Assembly: GCA_963764625.1 (NCBI GenBank)
Contig: CAVXTH010000006.1
Location: forward strand, 320,001-384,000
Source of the DNA: Candidatus Krumholzibacteriota bacterium
GTDB lineage: Bacteria > Krumholzibacteriota > Krumholzibacteriia > JAJRXK01
DNA length: 64,000 nucleotides
Direction of reading: 5' to 3'
Position numbers and translations under genes: made by a program. Below the pieces are notes generated by a model, which was not told where the DNA came from, did no database searches, and worked only from the letters and a program-made list of their open reading frames with translations. Positions 42,445-53,572 of this stretch are shown one piece after another (position 1 is the first letter of the stretch; each line of letters opens with the position of its first letter).

Positions 42445-43847
42445 GTTTTTCCGCCTACGACATCCACGAGTGGCTCGACGATGGGGACGTCGCCCATCGC
42501 CTTCTGCAGGCGGACGGTTCGGTGTGGACCTCGGAGGGGAGCCTGGCTTCCCGTATCCTGCAGGGCGCGGTCGTCGATAGCAGACAGTCGAAGCCTTCGT
42601 TCCTGTTCGTCGCCTTACAAGGAGACCGGCAGCACGGCGCCGACTTCCTGGTCCAGAGCTTCGAGCGGGGCGCGGCCGCCGCTCTGATGGAAAACAGAAT
42701 CCCCAAGGCGGAAGGCTTTGACCAGCCGGTCTTTTTGGTGGAGGACGCGCACACCGCTCTCTTTGCCCTCACCCGGGGATGGCTGAAGGCTCATCCCACG
42801 ACGGTGATCGGAATCACCGGTACCAACGGAAAGACCACCACCAAGGACATGACGAAGGCGGCCCTGGGAGACCGTCAGGTGGGCATTAGTCCGGGGAACC
42901 TCAACAGTCGCATCGGCCTTCCTCTGGCGGTGCTTTCGCAGGGCGACAATCTCGACCTTTTGGTCCTGGAAATGGGCGCATCTCGTCCGGGCGAGATCGG
43001 CGCTCTGAGCGAATGCGTTCAGCCACGGATCGGATGTGTCACCAACGTGGGCGCGGCTCATCTGGAGAACTTCGTCGATCTGGACGGAGTCTTGAAGGAA
43101 AAGTCGTCGCTCCTTCAACACTTGCCCAAGAAAGGCTGGGCGGTCCTGCCCGGTGACGACGCGAACTACGAGCGCCTGCTGAACGCGAGCGGCGCCGATC
43201 GAAGCATCTCCTTCGGAAGAAGCGAATCGTGCGACGTGAGACTGCAGGAATGCGAGCAAACGTCGATGGGTCTGCGCGTGAGGGTGCAAGGAGTCGAGGC
43301 GACCTTGCCTCTCTTCGGGGAAGCCAATGGACTCAATGCCGCGGCGGCCTGTGCCATCGCGAAAGTCAACGGAGTGGCAACGGAAGAGGCTCTGCCTCGC
43401 ATCGCTCAGGCCACGGTCTCTCCGCACCGCAGCCGCTTCGTGCTGCGAGCGGGATGCGTCATTCTCGACGATTGCTACAACGCGAATCCCGCCAGTATGG
43501 ATTCGGCCCTCACCAGTCTCGCCAAACTTCCCGTGAAGGGAAGGAAGATCGCCGTCCTGGGCAGCATGGCGGAGCTGGGACCCGAGAGCACGAATCTGCA
43601 CCGGGAGATTGTGGGGCGGGCGCGCGAGTTGGGCATCGACGAACTCGTGCCGGTCGGACGGCAGATGTCCTTCGCGATGGCCGGGCACGAGGCCCCGGAT
43701 CAGAACCTGGACGAACTGGGCCGTGATGTGGCCAGTGGTCTGCGCGAGGGAGACGCCGTCCTCTTCAAGGCCAGCCGAAGCGTAGGGCTCGAAGCAGCTC
43801 TCGAATCCCTGCTCGATGAGTTGAGCACCCGGGGAGGTGAGGGCTGA
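42441..43847 (+). CDS. murF: UDP-MurNAc-tripeptide:D-Ala-D-Ala ligase
   Basis: DSRQ, GKTTTKD, NLNSRIGLP, LEMG, DDCYNANP, MAELG, KASR. Confidence 0.95.
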   Translation: MSFSAYDIHEWLDDGDVAHRLLQADGSVWTSEGSLASRILQGAVVDSRQSKPSFLFVALQGDRQHGADFLVQSFERGAAAALMENRIPKAEGFDQPVFLVEDAHTALFALTRGWLKAHPTTVIGITGTNGKTTTKDMTKAALGDRQVGISPGNLNSRIGLPLAVLSQGDNLDLLVLEMGASRPGEIGALSECVQPRIGCVTNVGAAHLENFVDLDGVLKEKSSLLQHLPKKGWAVLPGDDANYERLLNASGADRSISFGRSESCDVRLQECEQTSMGLRVRVQGVEATLPLFGEANGLNAAAACAIAKVNGVATEEALPRIAQATVSPHRSRFVLRAGCVILDDCYNANPASMDSALTSLAKLPVKGRKIAVLGSMAELGPESTNLHREIVGRARELGIDELVPVGRQMSFAMAGHEAPDQNLDELGRDVASGLREGDAVLFKASRSVGLEAALESLLDELSTRGGEG

Positions 43848-44935
43848 TGTTCTATGAACTGGTCGAGGTCCTCCGCGGTAGCTGGGGCGCATTCAACGTC
43901 TTCCGCTACATCACCTTCCGGGCCGCGTACGCCACGGTGACCGCGCTGCTCATCTGCTTCTTGTTCGGTGGCTGGGCCATCGCCAAGCTCCGGTCGCTGC
44001 AGATCGGCGAGACCATACGAGAGGAGGGGCCGGAAGCACATCGCCTCAAGGCCGGAACTCCTACCATGGGCGGACTCTTGATTCTGGCCGCCATCATCAT
44101 TCCCATGCTCTTGTGGGGAAACCTCGGAAACCAGTTGGTGAAGGTCGCTCTGCTCAGCACCGTGTTCATGGGTCTTCTCGGTTTCATCGACGACTATCTG
44201 AAAGTGGTTCTGATGAAGCGGAACGGACTCTCCGGCCGCTGGAAAATCCTGGCCCAGGGAATCTTTGGTCTGGTGCTCGCTCTCTGGATGGTGCGCACCC
44301 CCGAGTACGCCGGGATCGCCACCGAGAGCACTCTGCCGTTCTTCAAGGGCGTGATGCTCAACTGGGGCTGGTTGTACGTGCCTCTGGTCGTACTCGTATT
44401 CGCCGGGACCACCAACGCGGTGAATCTCGCCGATGGGCTCGATGGTCTCGCGGTGGGTCTGGTGGCTCTGTGCTTCGCCGCGTTTGCGGTGCTGGCCTAC
44501 GTCACCGGCAACAGTGTCATCAGCGGCTACTTGAACATCCTGTTCCTGCGCGACGCCGGTGAACTCTCGGTCTTCGCGATGGCAGTGCTCGGCGCTTCGC
44601 TCGGGTTCCTCTGGTACAACGCGCATCCGGCGGAAGTCTTCATGGGGGATACCGGTTCCATGGCTTTGGGCGGGGCGCTGGCCAGCGTGGCCCTGCTCAT
44701 CAAGCAGGAACTGCTGCTCGTGGTCATCGGAGGTGTGTTCGTGGCGGAGGCGCTCTCGGTCGCCTTGCAGGTGATGAGCTACCGAATGCGGGGCGGCAAA
44801 CGCATCTTTCTCATGGCTCCGGTTCACCATCATTTCGAGAAGCTCGGCTGGAGCGAGTCGAAAGTCGTGATCCGTTTCTGGATCGTGGGAGCTCTTTTGG
44901 TGCTGCTCTCGGTCTCTACCCTGAAGCTAAGGTGA
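43847..44935 (+). CDS. mraY: Phospho-MurNAc-pentapeptide transferase
   Basis: KAGTPTMGG, DDYLK, NAVNLADGLDGL, FMGDTGS, PVHHHFE. Confidence 0.97.
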   Translation: MFYELVEVLRGSWGAFNVFRYITFRAAYATVTALLICFLFGGWAIAKLRSLQIGETIREEGPEAHRLKAGTPTMGGLLILAAIIIPMLLWGNLGNQLVKVALLSTVFMGLLGFIDDYLKVVLMKRNGLSGRWKILAQGIFGLVLALWMVRTPEYAGIATESTLPFFKGVMLNWGWLYVPLVVLVFAGTTNAVNLADGLDGLAVGLVALCFAAFAVLAYVTGNSVISGYLNILFLRDAGELSVFAMAVLGASLGFLWYNAHPAEVFMGDTGSMALGGALASVALLIKQELLLVVIGGVFVAEALSVALQVMSYRMRGGKRIFLMAPVHHHFEKLGWSESKVVIRFWIVGALLVLLSVSTLKLR

Positions 44936-46344
44936 TGAGAGTGATGACGCGAGCGAAGGAGTTTCTGCCGCGCGAAGGCTCCTGGCGTGACACTCGCGTC
45001 GGAGTCTTCGGCATGGGCAGAAGCGGAACCGCCGCCGCCGAGCTCCTTCTGAACGAAGGCTGCAGGGTGAGTGTCCTCGACGATCGGAATCGCAGCGAAC
45101 TCTCCGGCGAGCTCGCACCGCTTCAGGGCCGCATCGCGGGCTTCTGGTCGGGAGAAGAACTTCTGGGCCACGATGGACTGAACGAACTCGACGTGCTCGT
45201 CGTCAGCCCCGGCGTACCCGACACCAATCCGGTGGTACGGGAAACCCTGAGTCGAGGCATTCCCGTGTACAGCGAATTGGAACTCGCATCTCGGCGCGTG
45301 GAGGGACCGCTGCTGGTGGTGACGGGGACGAACGGCAAGAGCACCACCGTCAGTCTCATCCACCATCTCCTCATCACGGCGGGTAAGTCCTCGCTCCTGG
45401 CGGGCAACATCGGAACCGCGCTGAGCAGCGTGGTCGAGGACGCCAAGCCAGGAGTCTTCGCCGTCGTCGAGGCTTCCTCCTTCCAGCTCGAGCACGTGGA
45501 GAGCCTGCATCCCGAGGTGGCGGTTCTGCTAAACCTCGCCCCCGACCATCTCAATCGCTATCCCGACCTAAAGTCCTACGCGCAGGCCAAGAGCAGGATG
45601 CTGCAGCGGATGGACGAAAACGACGCCTTCGTATTTCCTCGCGGTGAGGTTTGGGCCGAAGCGTGGAGCGCGGTTTGCTCTTCTCGCAAGCTCCGTTTCC
45701 AGCCCGCGCCGATCACTACCGGGGAAGACGGGACCGGTCTCGCCGAAGACTGGCTCGTTCAACGCAGCGGGGGGCGGGAGGAGCGCATCCTCCCCGCCTC
45801 CGCGCTGCCGCTCTTGGGACACCACAATCTACTCAACGCCCTGGCCGCGCTCGCGGCGCTCCTTCCCTACCATCTGCCCGCGGCAATGCTGGCTGAGGGG
45901 CTTCGCGGCTTCAAGGGACTTCCCCACCGGGTCGAGCTCGTGGGTGAGATTTCCCAAGTTCGCTACGTGAACGACTCCAAGGCCACGAACGTGCACGCCG
46001 CACTGGCCGCACTCAACGGATTGACCGGACCCTTCGTGATGCTGCTAGGCGGTCAGGGCAAGGGGGAGGACTACCAGCCTCTCGCCGCGGCCATGACGCG
46101 GGTGCGCACGGCCATCTGTTACGGCGAGGAGGCTGACGCGATCGCATCCTCGCTTCAGGGTACGGTACAACTGCTCCGGGCCGAGGGAATGCGGCAGGCC
46201 CTCGAGATGGCCAGCGAGATCGCGGTCGCGGGGGACACCGTACTTCTCTCTCCTGCCTGCACCAGTTACGACGAATTCAGCTCTTTCGTGGAGCGTGGAG
46301 AGGTCTTCACCCAGTGGGTCAAAGAGAAAGGAGGGCGGGCATGA
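44932..46344 (+). CDS. murD: UDP-MurNAc-L-Ala:D-Glu ligase
   Basis: GMGRSG, SPG, GTNGKSTT, EASSFQL, DHLNRY, NDSKATN, LSPAC. Confidence 0.96.
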   Translation: MMRVMTRAKEFLPREGSWRDTRVGVFGMGRSGTAAAELLLNEGCRVSVLDDRNRSELSGELAPLQGRIAGFWSGEELLGHDGLNELDVLVVSPGVPDTNPVVRETLSRGIPVYSELELASRRVEGPLLVVTGTNGKSTTVSLIHHLLITAGKSSLLAGNIGTALSSVVEDAKPGVFAVVEASSFQLEHVESLHPEVAVLLNLAPDHLNRYPDLKSYAQAKSRMLQRMDENDAFVFPRGEVWAEAWSAVCSSRKLRFQPAPITTGEDGTGLAEDWLVQRSGGREERILPASALPLLGHHNLLNALAALAALLPYHLPAAMLAEGLRGFKGLPHRVELVGEISQVRYVNDSKATNVHAALAALNGLTGPFVMLLGGQGKGEDYQPLAAAMTRVRTAICYGEEADAIASSLQGTVQLLRAEGMRQALEMASEIAVAGDTVLLSPACTSYDEFSSFVERGEVFTQWVKEKGGRA

Positions 46345-47486
46345 GAGAGTCGATCACGCTTCCCGATCGCCGGCTCGTCCTTCTGACTCTCTTACTGGTC
46401 GGACTGGGCATGATCATGGTCTACGCCTCGAGCAGCTATCGCGCGAGCCTGGCCGGAGTGACCGAATTCTCGTTCGCTGCGCGCCAGACGCTCAGGGCGG
46501 TCATCGGGCTCGGCGTAATGTTTCTTTTGGCGTGGATTCCCTACCGTGTTACCTGCCGCTTCGCCCTCATCGCGTTGCCAGCCGCCCTTCTCATGCTATT
46601 GATCACGGTAGTGGGAACGAGTTTCACCCGGGCCTCGTATGGAATCACCCGCTGGCTGCACATCTTCGGCGTCATCGTCCAGCCGGTCGAACTCGTGAAG
46701 TTGGGCCTGGCTCTGGGGTTGCCCTACTGGATCGATCGTCAACCCGAAGTCACCCGCGAGGGAAGAGCGTTCCTTCGCATGGCGACCGTGCCCGGCATCG
46801 CGGTACTCCTCTTGGCCCTCCAACCTAATTTCGGCTCCGCGATGGCGCTGGCGATGCTCTGTCTGAGCCTGTTCTGGCTCGGAGGGGTGAAAGCACGTTG
46901 GCTTTTCTTGCTGGTGCTAGCGGGAGCGGTCCTCTGCTGGTTGGCCTATGCCCATGTAGGCAAGGTGCACGAACGTGTCGCGGCCTGGATGGACCTGCTC
47001 CTACGCGGTGGTCACGACGGACGCTTCGGGTATCAGTCGTACCAGGCGCTGGTGGGTCTGGGAAGCGGCGGATGGCACGGAGTGGGGCCGGGCATGAGCA
47101 CCATGAAGTACCTCTTCTTGCCCGCGAGTCACACCGATTTCATCTTCGCCATCCTGGGCGAAGAACTGGGCTTTTTGGGGGCCGGCGGGCTCATCGTGAT
47201 CCTCTTCTTCTGGTTCGCCCGCACGTTGAAAGTGGCGCGCAACGCTCCCGATGGACTGGCCTATCTGGTCACTCTGAGCGTCGGAGCGATGGTGCTCTGC
47301 TACGCCTTGATCAATCTGGCCGTGGTGGTGGGTTTGATGCCCGTTACCGGTCTTCCGCTGCCCTTCCTGAGTTACGGGGGAAGCGCCCTCATCACCAATC
47401 TGGCTGGAGTCGGAGTGTTGCTGAGCGTGACGCGGCACTTGCGCCGCCGGCGCGCTCCCCACGACCGATGGAGGAACAGGGCATGA
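46341..47486 (+). CDS. ftsW: SEDS peptidoglycan polymerase FtsW
   Basis: MVYASS, RWL, QPVELVK, HTDFIFAILGEELG, GLPLPFLSYGGS. Confidence 0.95.
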   Translation: MRESITLPDRRLVLLTLLLVGLGMIMVYASSSYRASLAGVTEFSFAARQTLRAVIGLGVMFLLAWIPYRVTCRFALIALPAALLMLLITVVGTSFTRASYGITRWLHIFGVIVQPVELVKLGLALGLPYWIDRQPEVTREGRAFLRMATVPGIAVLLLALQPNFGSAMALAMLCLSLFWLGGVKARWLFLLVLAGAVLCWLAYAHVGKVHERVAAWMDLLLRGGHDGRFGYQSYQALVGLGSGGWHGVGPGMSTMKYLFLPASHTDFIFAILGEELGFLGAGGLIVILFFWFARTLKVARNAPDGLAYLVTLSVGAMVLCYALINLAVVVGLMPVTGLPLPFLSYGGSALITNLAGVGVLLSVTRHLRRRRAPHDRWRNRA

Positions 47487-48610
47487 GCGCGCGCTTCCTC
47501 ATCGCGGCCGGTGGCACTGGGGGCCACGTGCAGCCCGCTCTGGCGGTGGCTCGCGCGCTGCTGCGGCAGAGTCCTTCCGCCCGCGTGCACTTCGTGGGAG
47601 GTCGCCGCGGCATCGAGACGCGCCTGGTTCCCGCGGCGGGCTTCCCGCTCACGCGACTTCCGGCGGCCGGACTTCGCGGGCTGGGAATTTGGGGCGCGGT
47701 GCGCTTCGCCCTCAGCTTCGGACTGGCTTTCCTCTTGGCCGTGCCCCTAATTCTGCGCCTGCGTCCCGCCGCGGTTCTCTCGACCGGTGGCTATGCCAGC
47801 GCGGCTCCTTCGGTCGCGGCGGCGCTCATGGGAAAACCCCTGTGGCTGCAAGAGCAGAACTCGGTGCCCGGCTCGACCAACCGCTTCCTCTCGCGCTTTG
47901 CCGAGCGCGCGTACGTGGCCTTTGCGCAGGGAGCGGAGTTCCTTTCGCGCGCCAAGCGGGTCGAAGTACTTCCCAACCCCGTGCGGGAGGAGATCACGAA
48001 CGCGCGGGGCAGCCGGCCGCGATCCGAAGACTACGAAGCATTCGGACTGCAAGATTCTAGCAAACTCACCCTGCTGGTGTTCGGAGGCAGCCGGGGAGCC
48101 TCCCGTCTAAACCAGGCAGTGGTGGGCGCCTGGCAATCGCTCGCGGGGCGGAGCTCCTGGCAAGCACTCGTGCAGACCGGAAGCGAGGACTTGCCGAACG
48201 TGCGCGCTGGGCTGGAAGGCCTCGGCGCGATCACCGCCTGCGCCTACATCGACGATATGGCGGCCGCGTACCGCGTCGCGGATCTCGTGGTGTGCCGGGC
48301 CGGAGCGCTCACCCTGGCCGAACTCTCCGCCATCGGGAAAGCCGCGATCCTCGTGCCCTATCCGCATGCCACGGACGATCACCAAACCCACAACGCCGCC
48401 GCGTTTGAGCAGGCCAAGGCGGCGAGGCTCATCGCCGACGATCGCTTTGATGCGTCGGCGCTCGTGAATCTGCTCGAAGAGTTCCAAGAGAATCCAGCCG
48501 CGCTGGAGACGATGGGGGAGGCGGCGGCGATGATCGCCGCCGGAAGGAACGGTGCTGCTGAGCTCGCCGCCGCCTTGATCTCTCGCGCGCAGGAAGGGAG
48601 GGACGCATGA
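47483..48610 (+). CDS. murG: Lipid II GlcNAc transferase
   Basis: GGTGGH, GGY, EQN, GGSRGA, RAGALT, DHQTHNA. Confidence 0.96.
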   Translation: MSARFLIAAGGTGGHVQPALAVARALLRQSPSARVHFVGGRRGIETRLVPAAGFPLTRLPAAGLRGLGIWGAVRFALSFGLAFLLAVPLILRLRPAAVLSTGGYASAAPSVAAALMGKPLWLQEQNSVPGSTNRFLSRFAERAYVAFAQGAEFLSRAKRVEVLPNPVREEITNARGSRPRSEDYEAFGLQDSSKLTLLVFGGSRGASRLNQAVVGAWQSLAGRSSWQALVQTGSEDLPNVRAGLEGLGAITACAYIDDMAAAYRVADLVVCRAGALTLAELSAIGKAAILVPYPHATDDHQTHNAAAFEQAKAARLIADDRFDASALVNLLEEFQENPAALETMGEAAAMIAAGRNGAAELAAALISRAQEGRDA

Positions 48611-50046
48611 GTTGGACCGACCGAGGACTTTTCGTGCGACCCGGAGAACGGACCGCCGCGTTCCGTCTCACCCGGCGGATTCACTTCGTCGCCATCGGAG
48701 GCGTGGGTATGAGCGGCATCGCCGAAGTGCTCATCCACCTGGGATTCGAAGTGAGCGGCAGTGACGTTCGAGAAGGTCCGCAGACCCAGCGACTGCAGGA
48801 GATGGGTGCGCAGGTGTGGCTGGGCCATGATGCGCAGCACGTGAGTGATGTGGACGTGGTCGTCTTTTCCTCGGCGGTTCCCCAGAGCAACCCCGAGCTG
48901 GTGGAAGCCCGGCGGAAGGGAATTCCCGTCATCCGCCGCGCGGAGATGCTGGCAGAACTGATGCGTCTCAAGCACGGTGTCGCGGTCGCCGGTTCGCACG
49001 GGAAGACGACGACCAGCAGTCTCATCGCGACCGTCCTCACCGAGGGCGGCCTAGAGCCCACGGTGATCGTGGGAGGAAAGCTCCTGGCGCTCGGCGGGAC
49101 CGCAGTGTTGGGCGGGGGAGAGTACCTGGTCGCGGAGGCGGATGAGAGCGACGGCACTTTCCTGCGGCTCGATCCCACGATCGCGGTGATCACCAACGTG
49201 GATCACGAGCACATGGACCACTACGGAGACATGGAAGCGGTGCGGAAGGCCTTCGTCGACTTCATGGATCGTGTACCGTTCTACGGCAAGGTCATCGCGT
49301 GCAGTGACGATCCCGAACTTGCGGCCCTCTTGCCGCGCATCCGCTGGACTCCTTTCACCTACGGAAGCACGGAGAACTGCGACCTGCGGGTGAGCCGTGA
49401 AAAGGGCGACGATTCCGGAATGCGGCTGCGGTTCTGGCTGCACGAAAATGAACTGGGCACCTGTCAGTTGCCTCTTTTCGGCGCGCACAACGCAATGAAC
49501 GCGGCGGCGGCAGTGGCCACCGGTCTCGAGTTGGGACTGAACTTCGAGCAAATTTCGCGTGCGCTCGTCTGCTTCGGCGGGGTGGGCCGCCGTCTGGAAC
49601 AAAAGGGTGAAGTAGGCGGCATCCTGGTGGTGGACGACTACGGGCACCATCCCACCGAGCTGGGAGTGACCATCGAAGCGCTTCGCGAGAGTTTCCACCG
49701 CCGCCTGGTCGTCGTTTTCCAACCCCATCGCTATACGCGCACCCGCGATCACCACGAAGCGTTCGCGAAAGTGCTCGCTCAGGCCGATGAGGTGGGGATT
49801 CTCCCCATCTATGCCGCGAGCGAGGACCCGATCGAGGGAGTCGACAGCGAACTCATCGCGTCTCGTTTGGAAAAGGAATATTCACGGCCGGTGAAGCGTC
49901 TTCGCACTCTGGATGAGGCAGTGGAATGGGCCAAGAAATCGGCTCGTTCCGGAGATCTCTGGCTAACTCAGGGGGCGGGAGACATCACGCATCTCGCGGA
50001 TCTGCTCTTGCACGCTCTGGCCGACAGAATCGAGGAAGAGGCATGA
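48607..50046 (+). CDS. murC: UDP-MurNAc:L-Ala ligase
   Basis: IGGVGMSGIA, GSHGKTTT, EADESD, DDYGHHPTE, FQPHRYTR. Confidence 0.97.
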   Translation: MSWTDRGLFVRPGERTAAFRLTRRIHFVAIGGVGMSGIAEVLIHLGFEVSGSDVREGPQTQRLQEMGAQVWLGHDAQHVSDVDVVVFSSAVPQSNPELVEARRKGIPVIRRAEMLAELMRLKHGVAVAGSHGKTTTSSLIATVLTEGGLEPTVIVGGKLLALGGTAVLGGGEYLVAEADESDGTFLRLDPTIAVITNVDHEHMDHYGDMEAVRKAFVDFMDRVPFYGKVIACSDDPELAALLPRIRWTPFTYGSTENCDLRVSREKGDDSGMRLRFWLHENELGTCQLPLFGAHNAMNAAAAVATGLELGLNFEQISRALVCFGGVGRRLEQKGEVGGILVVDDYGHHPTELGVTIEALRESFHRRLVVVFQPHRYTRTRDHHEAFAKVLAQADEVGILPIYAASEDPIEGVDSELIASRLEKEYSRPVKRLRTLDEAVEWAKKSARSGDLWLTQGAGDITHLADLLLHALADRIEEEA

Positions 50047-50855
50047 CGAAGATCCGCTACGTCGGTAGCCCGACCCGAAGAGAAAGTGGCGTCGCACCAG
50101 CGCGAACCCGACGGCCCTCCTCTCTAACGCGACGGAAGAAGAATACGCGCGCGCGCCTCAAGTGGATCGCGGCGGCGAGTTCGGTGGTGCTCGGCGGGCT
50201 GCTCGCGCTGAGTCTGGTTCTGCGCGTGCATGCGGTCAAGGTGCAGGGTCACATCGCCGCCGACCAAGCGCACCTTCGCACCGTTCTCTCCGAGTGCTTT
50301 GGCCAGCGGCTGTTCTTCCTGGATAAGGACGAGCTGCGTCAGAAGCTCATCGCGGATCCGTGGATCGAAGATGTGAAGTTCTATCCGCTTCCCACCGGGA
50401 CTCTTCGAGTCGCGGTGCGGGAAGCGAGCCCCGTCTTCTCGCTGGAAGATGGCGGGGCGGTCTGCGCCGACGGGAGAGTTCTGCCTCCCCGGCGCAGCAT
50501 CGATGTGTCCGGTCTACCCCGACTGAGGGCCCCACGTCGGGAGGGGACGACCGTACTGAGCAAGGCCACACGTGAGCTTGTGCGGAAGCTCTGTGTGTCC
50601 TTGAAGCGGACGCCGTGGACCTGGCCTTCGGGCCTCTCGTCGGTGGAGGTGGGGGAGAACGGCAGCGTTCGACTCATCACCGGCGACGGAGTCGAGGTTG
50701 TGTTGGGGTCTGGAGGCTGGGACCGGCGTTTGACGGTATTGACCGCTTCGCTGCCCATGCTACAGCCCGGTCCAGGGGACCGATTGGATCTACGCTTCGA
50801 GAGGCAAGTCGTCGTGACCTCCGCGGGTCAGGCGACGCGCCACATGGGAGGATGA
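50043..50855 (+). CDS. ftsQ: Cell division protein FtsQ/DivIB
   Basis: Basic N-terminus, TM, POTRA (DPWIEDV...PTGTLRVAVRE), C-terminal LDLRF; precedes ftsA. Confidence 0.85.
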   Translation: MTKIRYVGSPTRRESGVAPARTRRPSSLTRRKKNTRARLKWIAAASSVVLGGLLALSLVLRVHAVKVQGHIAADQAHLRTVLSECFGQRLFFLDKDELRQKLIADPWIEDVKFYPLPTGTLRVAVREASPVFSLEDGGAVCADGRVLPPRRSIDVSGLPRLRAPRREGTTVLSKATRELVRKLCVSLKRTPWTWPSGLSSVEVGENGSVRLITGDGVEVVLGSGGWDRRLTVLTASLPMLQPGPGDRLDLRFERQVVVTSAGQATRHMGG

Positions 50856-50856
50856 A

Positions 50857-52074
50857 ATGGAGCAAGAACCTGTTCTCGCGGGTCTGGACCTGGGGTCCAC
50901 ACGATTTCGTGCCGTGGTAGCCGAACCGGACGGGAATGGAGGGGTGGCCATCTTGGGTCACGCCTCCGTTCCCAGCCGCGGCTACACCCGCAGTGAACTC
51001 GTGGATCTGCCCGCGGCCGCGTTGGCGCTGAGGGGACTCCTGGATACCGCCTGCGGAATCGCCGGCGTCATCCCGCAGTCCATCGCGGTCGGGGTGGGAG
51101 GGTCTCACCTGCGGAGCGTCTCCTCCAGCGGATCGATTTCGCTGGACGAGTCCGGAGGGCACGTGCGGGGCGAGCATCTGGAACGGGTTCGTCGGCGAGT
51201 TCAGGCCATGGGAATCCCTTTCGATCGGGTGATTCTCCACTGTTTCCCCGTGGAGTACACCCTCGACGGCCGCGGAGGTCTGCAGAACCCGATCGGCATG
51301 ATGGGCTCCCGCTTACAGCTCGACGCCCATTTGGTCACCGGAGAGCAGGCGGCGGTGCAGGCCATCGATCGCGTGGTCGAGATGGCGGGGTACAAGGCCG
51401 ATCCGCTCGTCTTCAATCCCTGCGCTACCGCCGCCTATCTTGTGTCGCAGGAAGAGAGGGAGCAGGGCTGCCTGCTCATCGATATCGGGGGCGAACTCAC
51501 CCATTTCGCGCTCTTCTGCCGGGGCCGATTGCGGCAGAGTGGGGTTGTCCCCTTGGGAGGAAATCACGTCACGAGAGACCTCGCCTACGTTTTGGGTGTT
51601 GATCCCAAGGAGGCAGAGGTACTAAAAAGGACAACGGCCAGCGCTCTGCGCTCGAAGGTCCTACCCCACGGAGGCAGCCCCACCGCCTCTACCGTCGATT
51701 CGTCGAGTGCTATCCAAACCAGGGTAGCGGCAGTTTGCGAACCCCGACAGCAGGAGATCCTGGAGCATGTCGCCTCCGGCCTGCAGTGGGGAGTGACGCG
51801 ACCCTCCCTGGCGGCGGGGATCATTCTCACCGGTGGTGGGAGCAGAATTCCCGGAACGGTGGAGCTCGCCGAGCAGGTCTTCGCGCTGAGAGCGGACCAG
51901 AGGCGTGCTCCAGGTGACGATCTGTCTCAGGAGCCGGATTCCTGGGCGACGGCGCTCGGACTGAGCCGGAGAGCTCTACAACACGAACACTCCCTTCCTC
52001 TAGCCCCCATCGCTAGTCCCGGGGGAGGGAGACTCTGGAGCAATTTCAAACGCATTCTCGATCGCATCGTGTGA
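50857..52074 (+). CDS. ftsA: Cell division protein FtsA
   Basis: GLDLGST, NPIGM, IDIGG, GGNHVTRD, LTGGGS, amphipathic C-terminal helix. Confidence 0.93.
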   Translation: MEQEPVLAGLDLGSTRFRAVVAEPDGNGGVAILGHASVPSRGYTRSELVDLPAAALALRGLLDTACGIAGVIPQSIAVGVGGSHLRSVSSSGSISLDESGGHVRGEHLERVRRRVQAMGIPFDRVILHCFPVEYTLDGRGGLQNPIGMMGSRLQLDAHLVTGEQAAVQAIDRVVEMAGYKADPLVFNPCATAAYLVSQEEREQGCLLIDIGGELTHFALFCRGRLRQSGVVPLGGNHVTRDLAYVLGVDPKEAEVLKRTTASALRSKVLPHGGSPTASTVDSSSAIQTRVAAVCEPRQQEILEHVASGLQWGVTRPSLAAGIILTGGGSRIPGTVELAEQVFALRADQRRAPGDDLSQEPDSWATALGLSRRALQHEHSLPLAPIASPGGGRLWSNFKRILDRIV

Positions 52075-52123
52075 GAGGGAGAGCGTTTGTCCCCCATGAC
52101 ACGGTTTAAGCTGGAGGATTCCA

Positions 52124-53509
52124 ATGATGATGTTCGAGTTCGAAGAGGAATACACGGATCAGGCTCAAATCCGAGTCGTGGGAGTCGGTGGAGCGGGCGG
52201 GAACGCCGTCAACGGAATGGTGGCCTCCGGTTTACCCGGAGTGGAGTTCGTCGCCATCAACACCGATGCGCAAGCTCTGCAGGAGAGCCAGGCCACCAAC
52301 AAGGTGCAGATCGGAGCCAAGATCACCCGCGGACTGGGTTCGGGCGGAGACCCGCGCGTGGGCAGCAAGGCGGTCGAGGAAGATGAGAACACGGTGGCCG
52401 AGGTGCTGACCGGCGCCGACATGGTGTTCGTCACCGCGGGCATGGGTGGAGGAACCGGGACGGGAGCGGCGCCCACCGTGGCCCGCATCGCGCGGGAGTT
52501 GGGGGCGCTCGTGGTGGGGATCGTCACCATGCCCTTCACTTTTGAAGGGCGTCACCGTAGAACCCAGGCCTGCGAGGGTTTCGAAGCGCTCAAGTCGCAA
52601 GTGGACACCCTCATCGCCATCCAGAACGATCGGTTGCTCAAGATCGTTCCCGCGAACACTCCCCTCACCGATGCCTTCCGGGTGGCGGACATGGTGCTCT
52701 ACCACGCCACCAAGGGTATCAGCGACCTCATCACCGTGCCCGGTCTGGTGAATCTCGATTTTGCCGACGTGCGCAGCATCATGACCGGAATGGGAGACGC
52801 CATCATGGGCGCGGGCGTCGCCAAGGGCGACACGCGCGCGGCCGACGCGGCCACCGCGGCCATCTCGAGCCCACTTCTCGACGAGATCGACATTCGCGGC
52901 GCCAAGGGAGTGCTGGTCAACATCACCGGCGCGAGCGACATGACTCTCCACGAGGTGAGCGAGGCGACGAGCATCATCCAGGACGGTGTGGGCAGCGAAG
53001 CGAATCTCATCTTCGGAGCCGTCATCGATCCCAATGCAGGAGAGGAGATGCGGGTGACGGTGATCGCCACCGGGTTCGGCGATCCCGCGCGCCAATCTCC
53101 GCGCGTGGGAATCGACATGAACATGGTGAGACCTCTCACCCAGCCGGTTCCCCTGCAGAAGGTCGCGAGTCGTCAGAGCCCGAAGACCCCGGCGCCGGAG
53201 CCCTTCGCTCCCACCCAGGCTCCGGCCGCCAGCCACGGCACCGCCTCGGTTCAGGCGCAAGCTCCTTCCAGCCATGCGATGGAGGCTGGAAGAGGCAGAC
53301 AGCTGTCGTTGGAAGAGAACATTGCGAGTCCGCCGGAGAACGAGTCGGCTCAGGCACCGCGGCGTTCGATGTTCGAGCCCGAGGGTGCGCCGCCGCGGCC
53401 GATCCCTCTCGAGCAAGAGGAGGATCTGCCTCTGAAAGCTCGCCCAGCCCGTAGTGGTCGTGGCGCGGACCTGGACATCCCGACCTTCATCCGCAAGACG
53501 ATGGACTGA
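52124..53509 (+). CDS. ftsZ: Cell division protein FtsZ
   Basis: [25 protein letters not shown]-terminal DIPTFIR. Confidence 0.98.
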   Translation: MMMFEFEEEYTDQAQIRVVGVGGAGGNAVNGMVASGLPGVEFVAINTDAQALQESQATNKVQIGAKITRGLGSGGDPRVGSKAVEEDENTVAEVLTGADMVFVTAGMGGGTGTGAAPTVARIARELGALVVGIVTMPFTFEGRHRRTQACEGFEALKSQVDTLIAIQNDRLLKIVPANTPLTDAFRVADMVLYHATKGISDLITVPGLVNLDFADVRSIMTGMGDAIMGAGVAKGDTRAADAATAAISSPLLDEIDIRGAKGVLVNITGASDMTLHEVSEATSIIQDGVGSEANLIFGAVIDPNAGEEMRVTVIATGFGDPARQSPRVGIDMNMVRPLTQPVPLQKVASRQSPKTPAPEPFAPTQAPAASHGTASVQAQAPSSHAMEAGRGRQLSLEENIASPPENESAQAPRRSMFEPEGAPPRPIPLEQEEDLPLKARPARSGRGADLDIPTFIRKTMD

Positions 53510-53572
53510 TCGCCGCCGGGAGAGAGCTCGAGTGGTGACCCCGGCGGGGATCCTTCGTAAGGGAGGGTTTCG